This document shows positions 27,680 through 41,274 of a stretch of DNA of 64,000 bases, piece after piece (within the stretch, counting starts at the first letter, position 1; each line of letters opens with the position of its first letter). The notes below the pieces were generated by a model that had not been told where the DNA came from, made no database searches, and saw only the letters and a list, made by a program, of their open reading frames with translations. Made by a program: the position numbers and the translations under genes. Location: contig OX597825.1 of NCBI GenBank assembly GCA_951406725.2, positions 22,506,001-22,570,000 on the forward strand, given 5' to 3'. This DNA is from Octopus vulgaris. Taxonomy: Eukaryota.

Positions 27680-27959
27680 AATATTAGGGAATAAATCCAA
27701 ATTTACAGGGGAAAAAAATCAGATTTAGGATTAAATCCAATTTTATAGTAAAATATTATATAATATTAATTAGAGACAAAACCACTATTTTGCAAAACAA
27801 ACAAGGAAAGACTTAATCAATACATAAAATTTTAATAAAAAGTTACTTTTTTTACTTTTTATTAAATTTTTTACTTTTTATTAAAATTTTATGTATTGAT
27901 TAAGTCTTTCCTTGTTTGTTTTGCAAAATAGTGGTTTTGTCTCTAATTAATATTATATA
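27679..27959 (+). mobile_element. Fold-back element in (TA)n: 87-bp inverted arms plus a left tail
   Basis: Arms 27757-27843 and 27873-27959, tail 27679-27756; fragments of the same family at 57981-58057 and 63718-63741. Confidence 0.85.
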
Positions 27960-27977
27960 TATATATATATATATATT

Positions 27978-28149
27978 CATCATGTTGAACTGTTAAGCCC
28001 AGAATATTTTTTTCTCTTGTTTTTTTTTATTATTTTCTTATCCTTTCTATCGAAGAGTGTAGGCTTGAAACGTCGAAGACATTTCCATTCTTCCCGCACC
28101 TGCTTCTTGTTCTTTCACCTGTCTTTGTCATTTTGTCTGAAAATTTGAA

Positions 28150-28152
<3 letters not shown>
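27978..28152 (+). mobile_element. TA-flanked mini-element with a degenerate hammerhead-like motif
   Basis: 28043-28078 cttt|CTATCGA|A|GAG-tgtagg-CTT|GAAA|CG|TC|gaag; same layout as 50167-50201. Confidence 0.5.
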
Positions 28153-28195
<43 letters not shown>

Positions 28196-28835
28196 GCACA
28201 CATCTATCTATCTATATATGTGTGTGTGTGTGTACGTATCAAAAATGTATGATATATCTATATATTTAGATATAGCCCACTTAACGCTCCAAGACGTACA
28301 TTATTTAGTATCAATTACAATTGATTGAAAGATTCAGACACCAATAGATACAAAATATCGCGCTATACCCGCAAAACCCTATAATATATAAATGCGTCGA
28401 ACAATCCAGCATGCACAGTAAATGACTGAAACAAGTAAAAGAGTAAACAATAAAGAATGAAAGATAATATACTAATTCTAGGTACGATACTTTAAGATTT
28501 GCCACAAGCAAAAATAGATATTACAAGATTCGCCATTTAAGCTCAAATCTGTTGTATTCATGATGGTGATTGTCAATGAAGTTTGGTTAGTAAATTACTG
28601 GAAGATTCCATCTGATTTTTCTATTGTGTATCAAATTTCTGTTACTGTAAATATGTCACATGACCAATCATTGTTATATCAACTTAAACGGGATTGGAAT
28701 TTTCGCCACTGAGGAGAACACTTAGGTTGAAAGAACGTGATCTGGCTGTTCCGGTACCCGTAGCTGACGCTCGACGTGAAACTTTAAGTCACAATGTATA
28801 AAAAGCAGACGTTAGGAGTCACACGTTCATACAGA

Positions 28836-28868
<33 letters not shown>

Positions 28869-28940
28869 TCTCACACACTCTCACACACACTCTCACACAC
28901 ACAAATATACCCATACACAGATATGGAGATATATATATAA

Positions 28941-29304
28941 ATTGAGATAGGGGTTGTAAATGCAACCCTCCATGGGTTAACATATATCCAATATACCGCT
29001 AGTGAAGTATCCAACAAAGTTAATACATAAATGTTAATGATTGCGATGACATCAATTCATTTACTGTATTATATGGGCAGAGGTAAAATGATTTACCACA
29101 AATTACTAATACAAGATAATACAACATTACTCTTTTATCTACACTTTTTTATGTACATTCCTTTATGTACACTGATTTGTTCTGCTTTTTATATTTAACC
29201 CTACAGTCTCGTATGTGGTGGTTTAATAAAGTATGTGATTGAGCATTATCTGGTAATTGATATTTGATTTAGATGTATTTCTCCATTTTCTTATCTTGTA
29301 TTAG
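28941..29304 (+). mobile_element. TA-flanked element with a left tail and short inverted ends
   Basis: ctaatacaagataa (29106-29119) vs ttatcttgtattag (29291-29304); TA tracts on both sides. Confidence 0.5.
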
Positions 29305-29319
29305 ATATATATATATATA

Positions 29320-29678
29320 AAATTAAACAATAAGGGTAGAAATTGCTATTAATCAATTACAACCAGTGGCTTAGCATATTTAAAAAAATCCGAAGATTAA
29401 ATATTGTTACATACAAAATTTTGAGGAATGACCACTAAAAGTGGACAGCCTATATGCTAAACTTAGACGTCAAATAGCCATTAGCCCGAACAATGTGTTC
29501 AAAAGAAAAATCTCAGCAAAAAAGTAAAATGTAAAAATATAAAAATGTAAAAATATAAAAAATGATTTCTAGGTGAGATTTTTCTTGAGAACACATTCTT
29601 CGTGGTAATGGCGATTTGACGTCTATGTTTAGCATATAGGCTGTCCACTTTAGTGGTTATCCGTCTAAATTCTGTATA
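29320..29678 (+). mobile_element. Fold-back element in (TA)n with ~105-bp imperfect inverted arms and a left tail
   Basis: Arms ~29411-29516 and ~29574-29678 (accactaaaagtggacagcctatatgctaaac / gtttagcatataggctgtccactttagtggt); a further right-arm copy at 30302-30437. Confidence 0.8.
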
Positions 29679-29712
29679 CACACACACACAAATATATATA
29701 TATATATATATG

Positions 29713-30254
29713 CAATAAAGGGTGGAATGTAATTAATTTAATAAAATTAATCAATTTCACCTAGTAGATTTGTCGGTATGGAAAAGACCATATTAGGTAA
29801 GGGTTATAATAATTATAATTAAGGGTTAAATGCAACAAGTTGCTCAAAACCACATGCCGAAAATATTAGAAATAGCAGCCAAAATTGGTCACTATTTCCT
29901 CTACTAGTAAAAAGTCTCCACAAACAAATAGAATTTGTAAGCTGTATATGGCAAAAAAGGCAGAAAATAACGAAAACCCAGCCTGTGGATTAATTATAGA
30001 CGACTCGTTTCTGGATTAGAACCGAAGTTCATTTCCTTGTCAATATAATATTTCCTATAGATCTAGAAATCCTAGGAAAAAACTTACCCGTTACACCAGT
30101 ACGATCAGCGACATCGGACGGCCTAACGGAACTGCTAGCATTCCTACACCTATGCCGACATGCGAATTCATATTTCCCTCCAAAATTTACCACGTGAGCT
30201 ACAAAAACGTTACCAACGAAACGAAAAATTCTTTTTTGCCATATAAGCTTACAA
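29713..30254 (+). mobile_element. TA-flanked element with a left tail and inverted termini
   Basis: ttgtaagctgtatatggcaaaaaag (29935-) vs cttttttgccatataagcttacaa (-30254); - strand GAAA-CGAG-TC half-hammerhead near 30000-30011. Confidence 0.55.
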
Positions 30255-30258
30255 TATA

Positions 30259-30303
<45 letters not shown>

Positions 30304-30470
30304 TTCTTGCTGAGATTTTTTCTTGAGAACACATTCTTCGTGGTAATGGCGATTTGACGTCTATGTTGTCAAGCGATATAAAGACAGATACACAAACACT
30401 TTATATACAAATATGGTCATCCGTCTAAATTTTGTATATAGTAGAAGACACTTTCCCACACACACACACA

Positions 30471-30520
<50 letters not shown>

Positions 30521-31173
30521 TAGATATATATATATGGTATTTTATTCTCAATGAGATATGAAATGTTGGTATGATAGTAGCAGACGCAGTATTTGGATTA
30601 ACCAACTTCTGCATATATAATTATATTAAACAATTGAAAATAAACCGGACATTGTAATATTTCAACATAAAAACACCACGTATCCATACGTGGCATTTAT
30701 ATCTATACATGGCATCTATGAGTTTCATGTGGACTTGTGAATATGTTTCTTAATATGTATTGCGATTAAAATAAACAGGGACACACAATTGACTCCATAG
30801 CTACAGGATCACGGTTGATGCTGTTAACCCTTCTAATACGTTGTGCTAGTGAATGTGCTTCCGCTAGGGTGAGATCGAAATTCGCAGTTTACGGCTATTT
30901 GATCCTTGATACTATACCGGTGCTTATGTAACAAGCAAATCACAAAACTTGACAATCAAGTTGTTTCCTCTAAAAGCTCCGTCTTGCTTTCCTGATTATC
31001 TTCTTTAAACATGGTAAACGTTGATGTGAAGTTACACGTCAAAATTATTGAAAAGTTTGTGATTTCAATATTTCATTTTCGATCATGGAATTTTTCTTGA
31101 TTTATAATTAAAAATTTTTCACTTCATATATTGGGTTGTCAGGCTATCAGATAAATTAATTTTGTGTTTTCAT

Positions 31174-31360
31174 TTATTTCAATGCAACTGAATGCTGCTG
31201 ACGGGTGACCGTATCGTTGAGAGCATCCTGTTGTTGAACCAATTCCCCACTGAATTGTTGCGGATCCCCGTGGATGCGCTCGTTCAATTGATCATCATGG
31301 AATTGGTCAGGTTGACTGGAACACGGAGAGACTCTAAGGCCGAGCTTATCTCCCTTGAAA
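31174..31360 (-). CDS. Candidate terminal coding exon of an unknown protein
   Basis: ggttttctAG acceptor, then a 62-codon open frame FKGDKLGLRVSPCSSQPDQFHDDQLNERIHGDPQQFSGELVQQQDALNDTVTRQQHSVALK*; GC-richer than the flanks; no homologue recognised. Confidence 0.35.
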
Positions 31361-31402
31361 CTAGAAAACCAAGAAGTTCTGTGTCGTTGTTTTGGTAATA
31401 GT

Positions 31403-31633
31403 TATTTGTTTGCTAACCACAAGGGGCTAAACATAGAGGGGACAAACAAGGACAGACAAACGTATTAAGTCGGTTATATCGACCCCAGTGCGTAACTGGT
31501 ACTTAATTTATCGACCCCGAAAGGATGAAAGGTAAAGTCAACCTCGGCGGAATTTGAACTCAGAATGTAATGCCAGACGAAATACGGCTACGCTTTTCGC
31601 CCGGCGTGCAAACGTGCAAAGGCTCGCCGCCTT
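31403..31633 (-). mobile_element. SINE family B with a 16-bp TSD
   Basis: ttgttttggtaatagt at 31387-31402 and 31634-31649. Confidence 0.92.
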
Positions 31634-32514
31634 TTGTTTTGGTAATAGTGTTGTCTCTACACATAGCCCAAATGCATCGTGGAAGTTTGGAACCTGGATT
31701 GAAGAAACGGCAAGCATTTGTTGAAAGTACTCGTTCCCTTGACATTCCATCAATATATGTTTGAAAAGTGTTAAACTACATTTATGTTTCAAGAACAATA
31801 CACAAAATATTGTAGAGGAAGACGAGCGGGACGAAAATCCTTAAAACATTACGATAAAAATATAATACAAATAACCTTACGTAAAAACAAATGGATGTAT
31901 TTGACTACGCAATATATTGCTAATTTATCTGGGATTATTAAAAGTATATGTACCAATAATATATTCATATTCTCGCTTCGATTTCATTGCAGATATAATC
32001 ATAATTGCAACTTTATTAAACTGAAATGTTGCTCAACAACATCTTTGTCACGTTACTTAATCTAACAGGCTGTTATATCCAGCCCCAATTAGGAGAATTA
32101 TTTCTACACATTTCAGTTAATTAACTAATGGCATTTTCATGATAGCTTCATGGCTTCCTCCATATAATTGCATTTGAGATCACCTTCTCTAGCGGAACAT
32201 TCTTCCCGATATCGTTAGCCATTTCGATTCTCAGCCTGCTGTTGTAATGTAATTAATGGTAATTTGTTGAATGCTAAAAATACAGACACGTCTACGTATA
32301 TAGGCCTGCAACGAACAGTCGTACAGAGAAATCACAGTGAAATATACGCAAACTATATATTCGAAAAAAGATATAAGAGTATAAATATAGCAGACGTTTG
32401 CAAATTGCTTCAAGCATTGCGGAATATGTTAAAAATCAGAGTTTTTAGAAGACGATTGCAATGCACATGCAATGTAATTTCCAGTAAATAACAATAACAA
32501 AGAAATTGACATGT

Positions 32515-32665
32515 TGGCTCTGTAGTTAAAAAGTTCGCTTTGCAAACACGGAGTTTCGGGTTCGGTCAAACTGTGTGTCGTCTTGAAGTGTCTTCTACGA
32601 AAACCACAGGAAGATCAACAGATTTTTAGTCAATTTGGTAGATGGAAAGTGAACGGAAACCTGTA
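32515..32665 (+). mobile_element. SINE family A, old 5' fragment
   Basis: tggctctgtagttaaaaagttcgct..cgggttcggtc..aagtgtcttctac..tttggtagatggaaagtgaa. Confidence 0.65.
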
Positions 32666-32753
32666 ATTCATCCACACACACACAAAATCATACAAACACA
32701 CCACACACGCTAGTACACATACACGCCAACACACATGCGTGCGTGTGCATAAA

Positions 32754-32802
<49 letters not shown>

Positions 32803-32809
32803 TATATAT

Positions 32810-32865
<56 letters not shown>

Positions 32866-32990
32866 TATAATTAATGATTTAACCGGTTTTACAGTTTATA
32901 ATGATTTTTAAAAATTTGAAATGGAAACACCTGGCTTACGCCGCGGCTGTTTTGCTTCTGACTAATGTTTGGAGCTGGTCCTATTTGTAT

Positions 32991-33052
32991 ACTTGCCCAA
33001 GGTGCCACGCAGTGGGACTGAACCCGGAACTATGTGGTACGTAAGCAAGCTA
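32991..33052 (-). mobile_element. SINE family A head fragment
   Basis: acttgcccaaggtgccacgcagtgggactgaacccggaac. Confidence 0.8.
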
Positions 33053-34281
33053 CTTTTCTACAAAAGATACAATTAGAGTAAAAGAATTCGTATAGGGAGG
33101 GACAAGGGTAGCAAAAGAAGGAGACATGTTTCGTGGATCAAGGATTGTTTCTTTCTGGGTTTGGAAAAGAAAATCTAAATTGCCGATTTTTGGTGCGGTA
33201 TTATCTAGAAATACATCACGTAACGAATGTATAGAATGGTTTATTAGAAAATGTAGAAGGAATCGAATAACAAGGATGAAGGAAACAATTATAGTTAAAA
33301 TAAATAAATCTTCAAGTTGATGTTGCCGTCAGCTAGGGTATACTTTGGAAATAAACAGGGAATTATCTGTGTCATTTATCTTCAAGATCCTATAGAATAT
33401 CTAACAGGTTCAGTAATCTCCCGTAGTGGATTGTTTGAAAGATAATCTACAGCATGCAGTTACAAGAATGACAGTAGATATCAATCAACCCATGGAATAA
33501 CATTTACAGTGATGTTACATTATCATTCTCTCACCTATTATCATTCTTAAAGAGAAAAACACTACATCGCCGGGATTGCTGATCTGCCTAGCCACACTAC
33601 ACACTATTTTGTATGTGCAGCTTAGATTTCTTTGGCCTCGGGGATAATACGTCATACGTATCATCTTAATTTTGCTTAGATTTAGAATAAAGGTTTTTGT
33701 AAATTTCGAATACAAATTTGAAAGATAAAGATTCTACAGTTCATATAAAATCACTCAGTTATTGGATCGAGAATATACATTATTTACTAATCATGGGGTC
33801 AGGTAATTATTAATCAATGAAATTCTAGAGAAGGTTAAAAAATAGTCTGTATACAAAGAGTGTAACAACTTCGCTATTGAGATTTCCTGGTACCATTTAT
33901 TGCACTCCAGGTAGGTTTTGGTAAAGTGCCGCCCAGTTTATTCCATTCAGGAAAGTAGTTCTAGTGTCTATATCGATTGATAATATTGAAATTTTCAATT
34001 ACTACATCGTTATTAATATACAAAAAAAATGGAAATACATACACAAACACAGATACACGCAAACACATATAGGTACGTACATACACATACATACACTCAC
34101 TGACACACACAGACACGGATATCCGTATAATGTCAAAGGCAAATACACACACACACATACACATTCTTTCAAACATATTTAACAACATTCGCCACACCAT
34201 TCATATACATCCCTTAACATCTCTTAATCATTCCAAATTTTAATTCTATGAAATATGCATTTTCCAAACCAGTGATTTCAG

Positions 34282-34536
34282 TTCAATATCCAGCAGATAA
34301 CGCTTTGCTTTCGTCTAGGAATCCTGGAACTTGTAGTAGAATCCGAATTTCTGATATCTTCAGAGGAAACACCACAAGCCGGACTAATTCTCCGTTGTTG
34401 GAATCCACTTTGCAATATTTCGAAATCTTCGATCGACAGGAAAATTTTCCTGGGGCTATATATATACGTAATTATTCAATAAAAATTGATGATAAAATTT
34501 CAGCTCAACTTGTAACTAATGACGTTCTCCAATGCG
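34282..34536 (+). CDS. Candidate internal coding exon (255 nt, phase 1-1)
   Basis: gatttcAG|TT CAA TAT CCA ... CAA TGC G|GTaaat, open throughout; QYPADNALLSSRNPGTCSRIRISDIFRGNTTS...IRNYSIKIDDKISAQLVTNDVLQC; two N-glycosylation sequons. Confidence 0.45.
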
Positions 34537-34931
34537 GTAAATTAATTTTTGCATACACTGGAACAGTTTGTCTTTTGAAAATTGAGAAGCAGAAACAAGT
34601 GGGGAGGGGAAGCAGTATTTTGAGAGGAAGAGAACTTAGTGAAAAATATTAAAGCAATTGAACACCCAAACCTACAGAAATAACCACATAAATACATATA
34701 GACATACGCACATACATTCACGTGTTCCTTTATAGAGTACAGTTAATATATTCCTCACAAAATGTTGATATAATGCACGTTCCTCACTGCTGGTTTTTCT
34801 AAATAAGCCAAAACAAAAATGCTCGCTTAGTAACAGAGTGAATCATCGACTGATTCCAACTGAATATAGTATCTTTTGTATATATATATACATACATATG
34901 CGTGTATGTGTGTGCATGTGTGTATATATGG

Positions 34932-34962
<31 letters not shown>

Positions 34963-35039
34963 TGTATATATATATTATGAATATGTGTATTTATATCTCT
35001 AGGAATATATGCATGCTTATGTTTGTTCTGGATAAACGT

Positions 35040-35041
35040 AT

Positions 35042-35129
<88 letters not shown>

Positions 35130-35163
35130 GTATATATATGTATATATATGTATATATATATGG

Positions 35164-35197
<34 letters not shown>

Positions 35198-35310
35198 GTT
35201 TATATATGTATATATATATATGGATATATATGTATATATATGTATATATATATGGATATATATGTATATATATATGGATATATATGTATATATATATATG
35301 TAAATATATG

Positions 35311-35381
<71 letters not shown>

Positions 35382-35436
35382 GTATATATATGTATATATA
35401 TATATGTATATATATGTATATATGTATATGTATATA

Positions 35437-35478
<42 letters not shown>

Positions 35479-35513
35479 GTATGTATATATGTATATGTAT
35501 GTATATATGTATG

Positions 35514-35544
<31 letters not shown>

Positions 35545-35769
35545 GTATGTATATATATATCTATATATATGTATATGTATGTATATATATATGTATATGT
35601 ATATGTATGTATATATATATATATATGTATATATATATGTATATGTATGTATATATATATATATGTATATGTATATATATAGATATATATATATGTATAT
35701 ATATATATATGTATATGTACGTATATATATATATATATATATATGTATATGTATATATGTATATGTATG

Positions 35770-35805
<36 letters not shown>

Positions 35806-35828
35806 GTATGTATATATATATATGTGTG

Positions 35829-35859
<31 letters not shown>

Positions 35860-35874
35860 GTATATATATATATG

Positions 35875-35906
<32 letters not shown>

Positions 35907-35938
35907 TATCTATATATGTATATATATCTATGTATGTA

Positions 35939-35990
<52 letters not shown>
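35040..35990. repeat. ~950-bp (TA)n/(TATG)n compound microsatellite
   Basis: Direct reading. Confidence 0.95.
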
Positions 35991-35992
<2 letters not shown>

Positions 35993-36441
35993 CGTACATG
36001 AAAAGTGAGATTCCTATGGCATGTGTGTTTCTATTTATAAGTTTTTAACCTTAGAATGTCTCTAGGAAACCTTTATTCATTCGAAAACTTAGTTTTATAC
36101 ACAAATATAATATTGATTTTCCGTATGTTGTTTAAGAATTATTAATTTGATTATATGCATTCTATCGAGTTGCTGTAGACTATACAAGTTTATGCAGAAA
36201 CCAATGCTACGATTTATATTTATTTGAATATATATATATTATTCGCTACATATATATCTATGTATATGCATATATACACATACATACACACACACACATA
36301 CATATATAGAGATAGATAGATACGTACATACATATCGATATATGTACATATATATTTATATATAGAGATAGATAGATAGATACGCATATATGTACATGTA
36401 TATATATGTATATATATATGCATATATATTCATATATATAT

Positions 36442-36489
<48 letters not shown>

Positions 36490-36944
36490 GATAGATAGAT
36501 AGATAGATAGATAGATTGATAGATAGATAGATGTATATATGTATATGTATATATGTGCATATATGTGTATATATATGTATATATATATTCATATATGTAT
36601 ATATGTATATACATACACATATATACGTTTATACACATATATGTATGCACACACACACACATATATACATATACATAAACAAATACATGTGCGTGTATGA
36701 TTTTTTCTACGTATGTGGGGTGTATCCGTACGTATGATCGCGAAGTGCATATTATGCATAAATGTCTAAAATAGTTACTAATTTGATAAAATAGTGTTAT
36801 CCTATTGTTGTCGTGTTCTTTCTTTACTAACAGCTAATGTCCTGTTCATTCAGTTATGTTTCTAAACAACGAACTTTCTCTTCAATCATCTGGTTACTAC
36901 TACTGTTGTATAATTTGTTTTAAGATCATATCCGTGTCAGACAG

Positions 36945-37158
36945 TTACTCTTTACTTTCTTTTACTCTTTTACTCTTTTAATTGTTTCAGTCATTTGACT
37001 GCGGCCATGCTGGAGCACCGCCTTTTTAGTCGAGCAAATCAAGCCCGGGACTTATTCTTTGTAAGCCCAGTACTTATTCTATCGGTCACTTTTGCCGAAC
37101 CGCTAAGTGACGGGGACGTAAACACACCAGCACCGGTTGTCAAGCAATGCTAGGAGGA

Positions 37159-37214
<56 letters not shown>

Positions 37215-37395
37215 ATATATACATATATACGACGGGCTTCTTTCAGTTTTCCTCTACCAAATCCACTCACAAGGCTTTGGTCGGCCTGAGGCTATAGCAG
37301 AAGACACTTGCCCAAGATGTCACGCAGTGAGACACTGAACCCGGAACCATGTGGTTGGTTAGCAAGCTACTTTCCACGCAGCCACTTCTGCGCCT
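36945..37395 (-). mobile_element. SINE family A, full length
   Basis: Reverse complement of the A consensus with a (ttactctt)n tail at left. Confidence 0.92.
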
Positions 37396-37714
37396 GAGAT
37401 ATTTTGAGATATTTTGTTAGTGATCTTGTGTTACACTTTAAAAACAGCTTCATATAAACGACAGTAGCATCAGCAGCAGTAACTTGAAGTAATCAACTGA
37501 TAACCAAAATTGTCACACGCCAATGAACCTGTGAAAGACCTTCGACAGAGTAGTACGATTTGCTTCTCGAATTTATAATTACTGGCTTTCTTAATATTTT
37601 GAGACAGTTGACAATAATGAAGCCCCGGAGAGAAAATATCTGAAGCAATACACCGTTTAGTCTAGGGTTACAATAAGTTCAAATAAAACTAATACATCCA
37701 TAATAAACATACAC

Positions 37715-37789
<75 letters not shown>

Positions 37790-37798
37790 TATATATAT

Positions 37799-37847
<49 letters not shown>

Positions 37848-37922
37848 CCTATACACATGTATATATGTATACATATATACATACATACATATATATATGT
37901 AAATATATATATAAATACCTAT

Positions 37923-37990
<68 letters not shown>

Positions 37991-37992
37991 AT

Positions 37993-38432
37993 AAGGGTGA
38001 AAAGGAACACACGAGTTGATATATATGAAAAAACAAGTCAAAATAGAAAATGCTAAAATAATTTTATAAAGAACATTTCAGTACCGGTTTCGGTCATTTT
38101 GAGACCTTTTCAACTGTAACGATTAAATAATTAAATTTAGAAAAATTAAATGAAAAGTTTTTTAAAAGGAATATTTGTATAGTGTTCAAATATAAGTGGC
38201 ATTCAAATATAAGTGGCCTCGAACACACAAGTGCAAACAAGGGAGACAAAGAAAGGCAGATTGCCACTTATATTTGAAAACTATACAAATATTCCTTTTA
38301 AAAAACTTTTCATTTAATTTTTCTAAATTTAATTATTTAATCGTTACAGTTGAAAAGGTCTCAAAATGACCGAAACCGGTACTGAAATGTTCTTTATAAA
38401 ATTATTTTAGCATTTTCTATTTTGACTTGTTT

Positions 38433-38437
<5 letters not shown>
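37993..38437 (+). mobile_element. Young fold-back Penelope-like element: 176-bp near-perfect inverted arms plus a left tail, in (TA)n
   Basis: Arms 38026-38201 and 38262-38437 (one mismatch seen); tail 37993-38020; diverged single arm at 61844-62007. Confidence 0.9.
38347..38384 (+). ncRNA. Minimal type-I hammerhead-like motif, U3-A8 variant (mirror copy 38079-38116 on - strand)
   Basis: CAG|TTGAAAA|GGTC-tcaaaat-GACC|GAAA|CCGG|TA|CTG. Confidence 0.7.
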
Positions 38438-38480
<43 letters not shown>

Positions 38481-38814
38481 GTATACCTATATACATACAT
38501 ATATATATATGTATATATGTATATATATATCATATGAGTATTTATATATATATATATATATATATATACACTTATAAGTGCATATATGTATATGTTTGTG
38601 TGTAGCTATACATATCCATACATATATATTGTTATAAATTTATATATGTATGTATGTATATATGTATGTATGCATTCATGTATGAATACTGAACCTAAGT
38701 TAAACGGAAGCTCTGAAGTTGACTAGCAATCATGCTTCACACACTGTACAAAATAGAATACTACCTGTCAGGGCGACCAGTTTGAAGAAGACCCCGAATC
38801 TAATTAATTTGCAG

Positions 38815-38972
38815 AGTGTAATCTCTACACACTAAACGAGGTGTCTTGGGATATCTGTAAAATACCAGGAACGCCCTCATCAGACAACCACTCTTTAGAC
38901 ATTGATACTTTCATTATATCGTTCTATCTATTTATGTTCATTGATTTTTATGCTGGTGGTCTGCGAGATTGA
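38815..38972 (+). CDS. Candidate terminal coding exon (phase-1 acceptor)
   Basis: ctaattaatttgcAG|AG TGT AAT...; (E)CNLYTLNEVSWDICKIPGTPSSDNHSLDIDTFIISFYLFMFIDFYAGGLRD*; phase-compatible with 34282-34536. Confidence 0.35.
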
Positions 38973-39329
38973 TGTGGTATTCTTAGTGTATAATGCTAAC
39001 GAGCTGAGAATTGTCTTAGACGTTATATGTAGAAATATAGACTTAGATAAGTATTAAAATTAACGTCTTTGCCTCATCAGAACTAATAACATAGACCTCT
39101 GGTGACCAGGTAAAATAACCCCAATTGACACTTTGATCGAGAAAGCAGATGCATACAAATCCATAGAACCGTTGGAGCTGGTATGAAAAGAATACTTAAG
39201 AGATACATTTCTAAATAAGTTAAATAAACTATATAACTCAAAATACCAGAGAAGATCGTCTATGAATAGTGTAACATATCTTAGTATATTACATGAGTGA
39301 TATCGCAAATATTTGCATAATAGTCTGAT

Positions 39330-39510
39330 TAAGAGTAGCAGAATCGTTAGAGCGCAGAAATGTTTTTGCGATATTGTTTTTGAGTATTTACACTTCTAGT
39401 TCAAATTCGGTCGGGATTAACATTGCATATCATACCTCATTATTGTATCGTCCGATAAAAGAAGTATCATATACTGGGGTCGATGACATCGATTAAACCA
39501 CACAACTCTC
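39330..39510 (+). mobile_element. SINE family B, heavily diverged
   Basis: agcagaatcgttagagcgc..agttcaaattc..gataaaagaagtatcatatactggggtcgat. Confidence 0.55.
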
Positions 39511-40269
39511 AGATTTAATGGCCACATGCCAAAATCAGAAACCGTTATAGTTTTCCTGATTATAAAGACATCGATACTATTCTGTATAAGGGTCGTTGGC
39601 ATCGGCTAATTCCCCACACTTCAAAATTGGTGGCTTTATTCCAACATCAGGAACAATTATTTTCTACTTGTTTATAATGCCATTAATAGTACTGACTTGC
39701 TTAGATTATACTATCAACATTACAACAATAGGCCTTCAATATCACTGCAAGAATTTTCAAAGTTCTATCATTGAAAACAATACTGTCACAGAATTTCTGA
39801 CTCTAGATTCACAATTGCCCTTACTTGATTAGCACCATTCATATCCCTGGGGACTGAATGGTATTTCTTTCAATTCCAATCTTCTGTATACAATATCTAA
39901 CTCGTAGTTAAGAAACAATGGACTATATGTATTTCATTTAAAGGGGAAAAAAATTAAATCCTATTGTTAATGGATTTCACAACTTTTTTCTTGGTTAATT
40001 ATTTTCATATAAGATTTATTTTCCATTCTTTATATTTTCAATGGAAATGTCTGAAATATCTTTCTTTTCATCAATTTTGTTTCAGTACCTCAAACCCACT
40101 CCCCATGCACACACACACAGACACGCACGCACGCACGCACACACGCACCCACCCGCCCACACACACACATATATGAATGTATACATATATGGATATATAA
40201 ACGGGTGTGTGTACATAGCAGATATATGTACGCACATATATGAGTCCATCTATCTATCTACCACACTCT

Positions 40270-40709
<440 letters not shown>

Positions 40710-41274
40710 CACAGACGTATATGTAATAGTTATTTTCAAATTTTGAAATATTAGTTTTACATTTTTGTGTAGGATAATTTCCTGAAATACGAATATAACA
40801 TTTTTTTTTCGTCTCTTCCGTATTTCACTAGTATATTGTGTTACAGTCATTCTTATGCGATTTTGTAAAAGAAAAAAATAAATTTCGTTTTCTGTTATTT
40901 TAGGCATAAATCTTATACGTCTATTCAATATTCATTCAAGCATATTTTTTTTTTACTTTTTTGCATATCGTTGCAAGTTTCTTATGATATTTTCTCAAGT
41001 TTTCAATCTGTTGAATGAAGCATAGAAATCGTGGTTGCTGCTATAGCCTTACTTGTATTATAACCATAGAAAACATTAAAGACAAATATATATGTGTTTG
41101 TGTATATGTGCGTGTAGATGTCTGTGGATCGTTTCAGGAGGCTCATAATAATATCAATAATATAACACAGAAACTGGTTTTAGTTTCACTTCGTTCTTTA
41201 TACTTTAGTCAAATTGTCAACCTTTTGACTAATTAATTATTTGATACCTTAAAATTAATTATTTGATACCCATT

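Noticed and set aside
29585-29615. TTGAGAA-CAC..GTG-GTAA hammerhead near-match
   Set aside because: GTAA instead of GAAA, no stem I, and not conserved in the opposite arm
35023-36048. Long ORFs (up to 287 aa) of IYIY/YMYV type, also at 1255, 40041 and 63386
   Set aside because: Translations of (TA)n/(TATG)n microsatellites
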